From the NCBI GenBank assembly GCA_037917685.1, contig JAVCBU010000019.1, positions 1 to 32,172 of the forward strand: a stretch of 32,172 nt of DNA, given 5' to 3'. This document shows, piece after piece, positions 24,857-32,172 of this stretch. Position 1 is the stretch's first letter, and every line of letters starts with the position of its first letter. The position numbers and the translations under genes are program-made. Below the pieces are notes generated by a model that was given only the letters and a program-made list of their open reading frames with translations, searched no databases and was not told the DNA's origin. This DNA is from Thermoproteota archaeon. Lineage in GTDB: Archaea > Korarchaeota > Korarchaeia > Korarchaeales > JAOZGB01.

Positions 24857-26901
24857 TCAACCATGGGGCATACTACGAGCCCCAAAGCAAAAGAAGCCTG
24901 CTGAAAATTAGGGTTGGCCCTGTAGAGCTTGACTTATCTAAATCGCAGGCTAACGTGCTCTCTAGGATCGTAGACTACGCGGATGAGTACCTCCATAGGC
25001 CTGTAACAGTTCCACTGTACATATCCTCTGAGACAGGAGCGGGTAAAACAGAAGTTGCTCTTGACGCTGCGGCTCTCCTTGCAGCCAAGCTCTCAAAACA
25101 TCTTAGAATAATCCATGCGGTTTACGTGGCTCCTACAAGGCTCTTATCAGGGCAGGCCGCCTCAAGGGGTAGGCTTCTAGAAGCTAAAATGGGATCTGCC
25201 CTCCCAAACATAGAATGCTACCACATACACGGGAAGCTTGAATACGACGTAAAGGGGGAGACGATAAGGAATGCATTCTCGATGGCTGAGGACAAGCATA
25301 TAATGATATTTACAAATCCACAGATGCTTTCATCCCTAGCTACTCAAACTAAAAGAAGGTATGGAATTCCCGATAGAACCGGAAAGAATAGGCTTATAGA
25401 GGCACTGGCCGAGCCAAACCTATATATCATCGACGAAGCACACTTCTACAGTGGTAAAACCTTCACACGCCTCCTTATACTCCTATACGAGATACTGTCA
25501 TGGAAGGTCGTCGCCTCGGTGACGAATCCCACGTTCCTACTTTTCCTAAGTGCAACCATGAATCCAACCCTAATAGAGGCTCATATGAACAAACTATTTA
25601 AGATTCTCTTTAACGGCGAACTCACACCTCCTATAGCCGTAAACATCCCTCTACATAATAGAATGCTTAAAATCACGGATAAAGAAGCTGGCGAGAAGTG
25701 GATTCAAATGTCAGAGGCTGAGTCCACGAAAAGGGTAGTCCAGCTACTTGCAAGTGAAACAAGCAACATAAGCGACCTGGCGGTGGTATACTCTGACAAC
25801 ATTAACCTTCTAATAACCATCCAGAGAATGATTGAATCGTACAACGTAAAAACTGCTATACTACATTCCCAAATGCCCAGGGCAACATACAACATGGAGC
25901 TGGAGAAGCTTAAGGATAAGGATACACAAGTTCTACTCATCACAAGCCTAGGTGAGATTGGCGTAGAATTCGAAGCATACGACAGAACAGTAGAACTAAT
26001 GTTCTCCATAAACTCTCAAAGCATCGCGAAAATAGTTCAAAGATTAGGGAGACTAGCAAGGAGATACAGTACTAAGGGCATATTCTACAATATTGATCTC
26101 CCCTGGATAAGAGTAAAAACATCAAACAGGTTTTCCAACAAGCACAGACACATCAGAGTAGGGGGAGCTCTCTCAAAGAGACTTCCAAAATTCCTCGATA
26201 AAGCTATGAACATGTCAGATGAATTCTTCACCTCGTATATCTCCCCAAAAGCCGACAAACAATTCCACCAAAACCTTAAGGAAAAAACACGTCATGGAGC
26301 AAAGGGTAGAATCCCCCAAATCTATATTATCGCAGGCTTAGAAGTAGAAAACGTTGAAAGCGAAGACGATAGGATAACTCTTCCAATATCAAAGATTTGC
26401 AGGAAAATAGTTCCAATAACAAAGGATGAAAGCATAGAAGTATTCCCCGGGATAGGTGGCGGGTTCCTGTTTAGAAGAACAGCTGGCAAAGTGAAGGGTA
26501 GAAGATTTTTAAACATTTTTATCCGCAGTCTTAACCGAAAGGAGAGAATACTAAACTTTGAAAAGTGGCTTAGAGAGATTGGTGTTCAGATCATAATATA
26601 CTCGGAAGATGCAACTTTAGAACTAAACATGCCTAAACTATCCCACAATATAATTTTCCACAGTCCAATTCTAATACTTCACTTCAAGAGAAACATACTA
26701 CCCCCCGGTGACATTTCACAGGCAGATGCCTACAACATCCTGTTAGAAAATCTTGAACCAGCAACGCAAGACCTAGACATAATAAGAGAGAGCAACAACC
26801 CGGACAGCATAATACTCTACGAGCCAGCTCTAATAACATCGAAAGAACCTTCTATAGGCGCGGTAGAGAATGTATATCACATGTTGGTTGGTGAAAAATG
26901 A
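24826..26901 (+). CDS. cas3: Cas3' SF2 helicase lacking an HD domain
   Basis: SETGAGKT, YVAPTRLL, IIDEAH, LSAT and QRLGRLAR. No HD motif. Confidence 0.85.
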   Translation: MASPSGSISLVNHGAYYEPQSKRSLLKIRVGPVELDLSKSQANVLSRIVDYADEYLHRPVTVPLYISSETGAGKTEVALDAAALLAAKLSKHLRIIHAVYVAPTRLLSGQAASRGRLLEAKMGSALPNIECYHIHGKLEYDVKGETIRNAFSMAEDKHIMIFTNPQMLSSLATQTKRRYGIPDRTGKNRLIEALAEPNLYIIDEAHFYSGKTFTRLLILLYEILSWKVVASVTNPTFLLFLSATMNPTLIEAHMNKLFKILFNGELTPPIAVNIPLHNRMLKITDKEAGEKWIQMSEAESTKRVVQLLASETSNISDLAVVYSDNINLLITIQRMIESYNVKTAILHSQMPRATYNMELEKLKDKDTQVLLITSLGEIGVEFEAYDRTVELMFSINSQSIAKIVQRLGRLARRYSTKGIFYNIDLPWIRVKTSNRFSNKHRHIRVGGALSKRLPKFLDKAMNMSDEFFTSYISPKADKQFHQNLKEKTRHGAKGRIPQIYIIAGLEVENVESEDDRITLPISKICRKIVPITKDESIEVFPGIGGGFLFRRTAGKVKGRRFLNIFIRSLNRKERILNFEKWLREIGVQIIIYSEDATLELNMPKLSHNIIFHSPILILHFKRNILPPGDISQADAYNILLENLEPATQDLDIIRESNNPDSIILYEPALITSKEPSIGAVENVYHMLVGEK

Positions 26902-27185
26902 AGACGATAGTAATCTACGACATCTCGGATGACAGGAAGCGGACCAAGCTAAGCGACCATCTTAAGGGCTACGGGCTTAGTAGGATCCAGTATAGTGGGT
27001 TCTACGGCCTTTTGAACAGCCATGACAGGCATGTGCTCGTGCTTGAGGTTGGCAGGTATATTAGTGGTTCGAGGGACAGCATTTATGTTATCCCGCTCTG
27101 TGACCGCTGCTCCAGGCTTGTGAGGATAGTTACTGATAGGGTTAGGGGCTTGGGGGAGGCTGGGGCTGTGGAGTATGTTGAGTAG
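26898..27185 (+). CDS. cas2: Cas2
   Basis: IVIYDISDDRKR...RIQYSGF...IPLCDRC. Confidence 0.95.
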   Translation: MKTIVIYDISDDRKRTKLSDHLKGYGLSRIQYSGFYGLLNSHDRHVLVLEVGRYISGSRDSIYVIPLCDRCSRLVRIVTDRVRGLGEAGAVEYVE

Positions 27186-27194
27186 GGTGCCTGG

Positions 27195-28130
27195 GTGGTT
27201 TACTTCCTGAGCGATGTTGAGCATAAGATGCTTCTCCGCAGCCTGCTGCCGCTAGCCAGGGAGATGGGGGTTTCGGAGGATGTCCGGGGCTGGAATTGGC
27301 ATCGGGGAGGCCTTAAGCCCTACTACCGTGACGTTTCCATCCCTATGTACAGTGTTGTCTCGAGCTACTGTCCTACGCATAGGGACGTGTATGTGAATAG
27401 GGTTGAGGGGGTTAAGGGTAGGGTTACTGAGCCTCTCGCGCTTGGCGTGGCTGTCCACCGTGCGGTTTCAACTGTTATCACCTCTTTCCAGGAGGGGAAG
27501 AGGCTTGACTTCGACCGCTGGTATGAGGATGCTTTGAGGGAGCGTAATGTTAAGCGTAGGTTTGAGGAGGTTAAGCGTAAGACTAGGCTTGTATGGGACT
27601 ATGTCTACCTTCAGTGTGAGAGCCGTCTTGCTGAGCGCATATCGCTCCAGCCCTATAGTAGTAGGAGGGACAGCCTGGCCACGGCCATCCCCTTCCTTGT
27701 GGAGCATAAGCTTACCGGGGAGCTTCTAGGCCTGTCTGGGCTTCTTAGCATAGACTGCTACGACTATCTTCACGGGATTGTCTTCGACTTGAAGGTTTCG
27801 GATGAGGAGCGTGTCGAGTACCGGCTTGCTTCTACGGGCTATGCCCTGGTTTTGGAGAGTGTCTATGAGGTTCCGGTTGATATTGGCTGCGTTGTCTACG
27901 TGAAGTTTAGGGGTGGCAAGCTCCATGTTTCGAGGGATCTATTCTTTATAGGTACTGAGCTTAGGAGCTGGTGGATGGAGGAGCGTGACCAGAGGCTTGA
28001 GATGGTGGCGCAGAGGCGTGACCCTGGGCTTCCAAGGATGTGTCCGAGGGACTGCATATACCTCTACCATTGTAGGGGGCTTGAGCCTGGGGTGGAGGCT
28101 GACCTTCATGTATCGGAGGCTGGTGGTTGA
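27195..28130 (+). CDS. csa1: Cas4-family protein, Csa1-like
   Basis: EDVRGWNW, YCPTHRDVY, D...VFDLK, GYALVLES and C-terminal CPRDCIYLYHC Fe-S cysteines. Confidence 0.85.
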   Translation: MVYFLSDVEHKMLLRSLLPLAREMGVSEDVRGWNWHRGGLKPYYRDVSIPMYSVVSSYCPTHRDVYVNRVEGVKGRVTEPLALGVAVHRAVSTVITSFQEGKRLDFDRWYEDALRERNVKRRFEEVKRKTRLVWDYVYLQCESRLAERISLQPYSSRRDSLATAIPFLVEHKLTGELLGLSGLLSIDCYDYLHGIVFDLKVSDEERVEYRLASTGYALVLESVYEVPVDIGCVVYVKFRGGKLHVSRDLFFIGTELRSWWMEERDQRLEMVAQRRDPGLPRMCPRDCIYLYHCRGLEPGVEADLHVSEAGG

Positions 28131-29136
28131 CGGCTACGGCAAGTTCATCGGTAGGAAGGGCAACTGTATAGTTGTGAGGGAGAAGGGGCGGACTATCCTC
28201 ACCGTGCCTGCTGAGAAGCTTCGCATGGTCCTTGTCACCGGGCGTGGAAGCCTGAGTTTCGACGCTGCGAGGCTTCTATCGGAGCATGGTGTGGACCTTA
28301 TAATAGTCTCAAGGTATGGGAGGGTGGCTGGGAGGCTTTCAACCCCTGTCCTGAGGACCGTCCAGACTAGGAGGCAGCAGTACTACGCGTACAACGACTG
28401 GAGAAGCGGCTATCTCGCGAGGCAGTTCCTCCTGGGTAAGGCTAGGAACCAAGCCGCCATACTTAGAACCCTAGCGAAGGCGAGGGCTGAGACGAGCCCT
28501 AAGAATGCTGAAACGCTTAGGAAGGCCTCCAGCAAGGTGTTAGAGTATGTTGGCATGATAGGGAGGGTTAGGGCTGTCCCTGTGGAGAAGATAAGGGAGA
28601 GGCTTATGGGCCTGGAGGGGAATGCAAGCCAGGAGTACTGGCAAGCCATCAAGACGGTAATCCCAGCTGGCTACAGCTTCCCCGGCAGGACAGGGAGGTA
28701 TGCCGGCGACCCTATCAACGCGATGCTTAACTACGCCTATGCGATTCTTGAGGGGGAGGTGTGGAGGGCGGTGCACTACGCTGGCCTAGACCCGTACGGC
28801 GGCTTCCTACACGCTGACAGGCCTGGAAGGGCGAGCCTAGTCTACGATCTGATGGAGGAGTTTAGGCCTCACCTCGCTGACAAAACGGTTATAACACTCG
28901 TAAGCCAGGGGGTGGTGAGGCCTGGCGACTTTGAGTATGAGGCTGGACGCTGCATCCTAGGGCAGAACGCTAGGAGGAGCCTTGCGGAGACAATGGAGAA
29001 GAAGATGGAGTCCTACACCCACCACCGGGACAGGAGGATAAGGTGGACAGACCTAGTCCTTAAGCAGGCCATACAGATCGCGAAGTACCTGAGGGGGGAG
29101 GAAACAGAGTATAAGCCATTCCACCAGAGGTGGTAG
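28108..29136 (+). CDS. cas1: Cas1
   Basis: LMGLEG, NAMLNYAYAIL, GLDPYGGFLH and SLVYDLMEEFR. ATG at 28108 with GGAGG upstream. Confidence 0.97.
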   Translation: MYRRLVVDGYGKFIGRKGNCIVVREKGRTILTVPAEKLRMVLVTGRGSLSFDAARLLSEHGVDLIIVSRYGRVAGRLSTPVLRTVQTRRQQYYAYNDWRSGYLARQFLLGKARNQAAILRTLAKARAETSPKNAETLRKASSKVLEYVGMIGRVRAVPVEKIRERLMGLEGNASQEYWQAIKTVIPAGYSFPGRTGRYAGDPINAMLNYAYAILEGEVWRAVHYAGLDPYGGFLHADRPGRASLVYDLMEEFRPHLADKTVITLVSQGVVRPGDFEYEAGRCILGQNARRSLAETMEKKMESYTHHRDRRIRWTDLVLKQAIQIAKYLRGEETEYKPFHQRW

Positions 29137-29402
29137 GGGTGCCGGAGGCTGAAAGTTCAGCCTACAGGGTTGTCAACGTAGACCTCCATTCGCCAAGGAC
29201 TTCGAGCTTCTAATATGCGAAATCTTCCAGCATGGGTGGCAAGCATAATATCAACCCTGAGAGAGGAGGAGAATACAGGCTGAAAAAGGGAAAAAGCCAA
29301 AATGAGAGTATTACTGAGAACTTCCCTTCTAAGAAAGTTTCCAGCCAGCTACTACCATCCAGAATTCATTAAGAAAATGGTTGCGAAAATAGTTCCCAAG
29401 CG

Positions 29403-29990
29403 ATGAGGGGGATGGAGGTAACAGTCACGGTGACAGACATAGTCCAGTACAACTACTGCCCCAAAAAAGTCTACTTTCTGAAAACCCTAAACCTAAGGAT
29501 CCCTCCAAGGAGGAAGATGGAGTATGGCAGGGAAATCCACGAGCAGGAGATGAGGAAGCTCGAGAGGAGGAAAACAGTCTACGGGATACCCAGGGAGAAG
29601 GTTGAAAGGGTTGAGCACAGCCTACACCTTGAGGACCCCGAGCTCGGCCTAGCCGGAACCGTGGACACCGTGGTAATAATGAAGGATGGAACACCAGTCC
29701 CAGTAGAGGCTAAGTACACAGACCTCCCGAAAATAACATGGAAGATAAGGAAGCAGCTCGCAGCATACGCCTTACTCCTCGAAAAACACTACGGGAAAAC
29801 AGTGAAGAAGGGAGTAGTATACTTCCCCCTTCAGAGAAAGCTTCTAAACACAGAAATAACCCCCATAGACAAACTGGCCGTCAAGAGAGACATCCAGAAG
29901 ATAAGACAGCTCATAAAAAGCGAGAAAATCCCCAGGAAGGCGGACAAGAGAAAATGCGGATACTGCGAGGCAAGAAAATACTGTGTTTAA
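29403..29990 (+). CDS. cas4: Cas4
   Basis: YNYCPKK, GTVD, PVEAK, QLAAY, KCGYCEARKYC. The start may be at 29412. Confidence 0.95.
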   Translation: MRGMEVTVTVTDIVQYNYCPKKVYFLKTLNLRIPPRRKMEYGREIHEQEMRKLERRKTVYGIPREKVERVEHSLHLEDPELGLAGTVDTVVIMKDGTPVPVEAKYTDLPKITWKIRKQLAAYALLLEKHYGKTVKKGVVYFPLQRKLLNTEITPIDKLAVKRDIQKIRQLIKSEKIPRKADKRKCGYCEARKYCV

Positions 29991-30298
29991 AAGATCCAAG
30001 CACAAGCAACATGGAAAGCATCAGTCAGAACACCATCAGTTAGACTCAAATAAAATTAAAATCTAGTATAGTAGAGTAGTGCCAAAGTAGAGAGAAATTT
30101 TGATTCGAATGCTTGATGAAATCCATCCGTTGATAAATACTTTAAAGCTTTGAAGAGTGATGAGACAGCTCGTGAGTGTGATTCTATCCTTACTTTCCCT
30201 AACGGGTAGCCCGCTGGGCTACCATGCTAACTTACCAGCTCCCTTAATTTGGAGCCTCATGGAGCGTGCTAGGGAGATTCGTATACAAAATTTTATAG

Positions 30299-30315
30299 TT
30301 ATACATAATGTATAA
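30299..30315 (+). promoter_or_regulatory. Putative antitoxin operator (inverted repeat)
   Basis: TTATACAT-A-ATGTATAA, immediately before the RHH gene start and next to TTTTATAG. Confidence 0.55.
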
Positions 30316-30318
30316 GGA

Positions 30319-30603
30319 ATGATGAGCGTTGTTGTTCCCGTTAGGTTCAAGAGGAAGGAGCTGAGGCTCATAGATGAGCTCGTTAAATCTGGACTTTTTA
30401 GGAGTAGGAGCGAGGCCATAAGGCTTCTTGTCCTTAAGTCGGCGGAGGAAATGAGTCCTTACAGCATGGACGAGGAAGTGATCAAGGTGGTTAGGGCGAT
30501 GCTCAAGTCGTTAAGGGAGGACAGGGATTCTCTAAAAATAATCTCCCAGAAGACTGCAGCCGAGATCATTGGGGAGGTGAGGGAAGACGAAGATATACAT
30601 TGA
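30319..30603 (+). CDS. RHH/CopG-family antitoxin
   Basis: VVPVRF...IDELVKSGLFRSRSEAIR motif, upstream of a PIN gene. Confidence 0.85.
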   Translation: MMSVVVPVRFKRKELRLIDELVKSGLFRSRSEAIRLLVLKSAEEMSPYSMDEEVIKVVRAMLKSLREDRDSLKIISQKTAAEIIGEVREDEDIH

Positions 30604-31138
30604 TACCAGCGTGATAATCTCCCCATACAAGCCTGGAGATCCCTTTCGTGAGGAGTCAACTTCCATCATGCTGAGTAAGGATCTAAGAAAGATTGGATCC
30701 CCGGCCTCAATTGTTGAGCTTTTCTCGGTCATTTCCAGGCTATACTACTCGGATCAAATCCTTATTTCGAAAGATTTAAGGGAATTACTGGATAAACTTC
30801 CTGAGGAGAAGAGGATCCTAGCAATGGTAAGCTCCATCACGCTGAGTTGGGGAATGAAGTTTCCTAAAATCGGATTAGAGCCTAAAAGGCTCTCCCTCGC
30901 TGGCGTAGATGTTTTGCTCCCCCAGTTCATGGTTGAAGCCTGTAAGCTCTCAGCAAGCCTCAGACTTAGGACAATGGATAACATTCACATGGCCTTCGCA
31001 AAGCTAGTAAATGAGATAGATGGCCTAGATTACTTGATCACCTCTGATGGAGAACTGTTGAAGAGAAGGGCTTTGATTAAGAAAGTTTCGGGGTTGGAGA
31101 TTATCTCTCCAACGGAACTCATGAGCTTGACAACCTGA
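30581..31138 (+). CDS. vapC: PIN-domain toxin with no canonical start upstream of its first catalytic Asp
   Basis: The frame open from 30581 reads GKTKIYIDTSVII...VELFSV...LRTMDNIH...LITSDGEL. The first canonical start (GTG 30611) lies after IDTS. Confidence 0.8.
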   Translation, partial: GKTKIYIDTSVIISPYKPGDPFREESTSIMLSKDLRKIGSPASIVELFSVISRLYYSDQILISKDLRELLDKLPEEKRILAMVSSITLSWGMKFPKIGLEPKRLSLAGVDVLLPQFMVEACKLSASLRLRTMDNIHMAFAKLVNEIDGLDYLITSDGELLKRRALIKKVSGLEIISPTELMSLTT

Positions 31139-31659
31139 TATGATGACTTCTTTCCTCAAATCGCTAGAACTGAAGGTCTTACGTTACCTAGCTGAAAGCT
31201 ACACAAAATATTCTTAATCAATGTCTGCATGGCGAGAGGATTATCGCCCAAATAAGGCTGTTCATCTTTGATTTTTAGGAGAAACTTCTTCAAAAGTTTT
31301 CTGGAATTCCCAGCCTATTAAAATTCCAGCAATGATTAAGATTCGGCATCATCTGGATGCAATGAAATGCCATTCTCTCTTATTATTTCTCATCCCCCAC
31401 TCGTGTGGGGATAAGAAGCCGCCGGAGAGGTAGACTTCCTGGTTAGGAGGCCTGACCGCCCTACCACTAAACCATAACACTTCACCTGAATGTCTCTTCA
31501 CACGTAATATACGGAGTATCTTCCAAGACGAAGCTAACTTCGCAAAATATCCTTTAAAGAAATGTGATTCACCATGATCAGGCCCTAAACGTAGACGAAT
31601 ACACTTCTTTATCCGAAATATCATGCTTTCATGTTTCAAATGGCGTAGCAAGTAAAGCG

Positions 31660-32025
31660 AGAATGTGTGCATATCGCCCCGCCACCAACATTTCAACTGC
31701 CAAGTGTAAACATCAAATCATGTTGGAAAAACCCCGGAGCATACCAGCCGACCCCCAAGACCAGAAACAAACATAAATAAAAACAATCCAGCCATTCCCA
31801 TGACTAACAAACAAAACATGAAAGAGCAACAACAGAATTTAAGGACATGAAGACCCCAAATGTAAAATTCAAGCATAAAACAATCCCCCACAACCACCTA
31901 AGCCTAAAAGCTGGGTGTGCATATCTTTATAAAAACATCGCGCAAAGAGCGATATCCACGATAAACAGCCACCACAACAACACCACAAACCATTAAAAAT
32001 AACAATAACAAATATAAAATCGGGG
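31660..32025 (+). promoter_or_regulatory. CRISPR leader B
   Basis: A/C-rich and homologous to the reverse complement of 130-490. TTTATAAA at 31926-31933. Confidence 0.88.
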
Positions 32026-32172
32026 GTTTCAAAAGCAAAACCGGCTTAAACGGGATTGAAAGTCCATGAAGCTGCCTGCGATACAGCAGTCACCCCTACG
32101 TTTCAAAAGCAAAACCGGCTTAAACGGGATTGAAAGAGTATGTTTCTCTGGGGGCGGCCGTCATAGTAGAAG
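32026..32172 (+). CRISPR. CRISPR array B, leader-proximal end (probably continues beyond the window)
   Basis: Repeats at 32026-32062 and 32100-32136, a 37-bp spacer at 32063-32099, and the next spacer from 32137. Confidence 0.96.

Noticed and set aside
27985-28107. N-terminal extension of Cas1 in the ORF track
   Set aside because: Overlaps csa1. The ATG at 28108 has an RBS and gives a normal Cas1 N-terminus.
29137-29402. Gap between cas1 and cas4 as a second cas2 or ncRNA
   Set aside because: No ORF with Cas2 motifs. Only a short AGGCTGAA/TTCAGCCT hairpin, which is insufficient to call.
30105-30210. NPSVDKYFKALKSDETAREC resembling an integrase N-terminal fragment
   Set aside because: Too short, no start codon and no diagnostic residues.
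31349-31776. 115-aa minus and 70-aa plus ORFs, and GTTTCAAA at 31633 as a degenerate repeat
   Set aside because: The ORFs overlap leader B and lack motifs. The repeat similarity is limited to 8 bp plus scattered matches.
57-32172. Self-targeting by the visible spacers within the window
   Set aside because: No match noticed by eye. A proper alignment is needed to exclude partial matches.

Overview
Archaeal CRISPR-Cas super-locus (GGAGGTGA-type RBS, TATA boxes, 37-bp repeat ending GAAAG). The layout is roughly mirror-symmetric. Two arrays with the same repeat (GTTTCAAAAGCAAAACCGGCTTAAACGGGATTGAAAG) and homologous ~360-bp leaders point outward at the two ends, and a VapBC-type toxin-antitoxin pair lies in each arm. 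A type III-D-like operon (csm2, five Cas7/Csm3 RAMPs, csx19-like, HD+GGDD cas10, csx10/cas5) reads leftward. A very divergent type I-D-like operon (HD-fused large subunit, separately encoded small subunit, cas7, cas5, HD-less cas3) and cas2-csa1-cas1-cas4 read rightward. No cas6 and no recognisable csm6/csx1 are present. The centre holds uncharacterised genes: two coupled proteins with CARF-like C-termini (one with an N-terminal restriction-endonuclease-like motif), two large wHTH proteins, and an unannotated 58-aa signal-peptide/proline-rich ORF just upstream of the type I operon. The left arm carries a ~1.6-kb insertion bounded by a perfect 61-bp direct repeat. It contains a tyrosine-integrase C-terminal remnant, a Zn-ribbon gene, a glycosyltransferase and a leaderless 3-repeat mini-array. 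The left arm also has a solitary repeat upstream of vapBC and a non-canonical 39-bp/35-bp repeat-spacer structure. All protein assignments come from motif reading by eye, not database searches.
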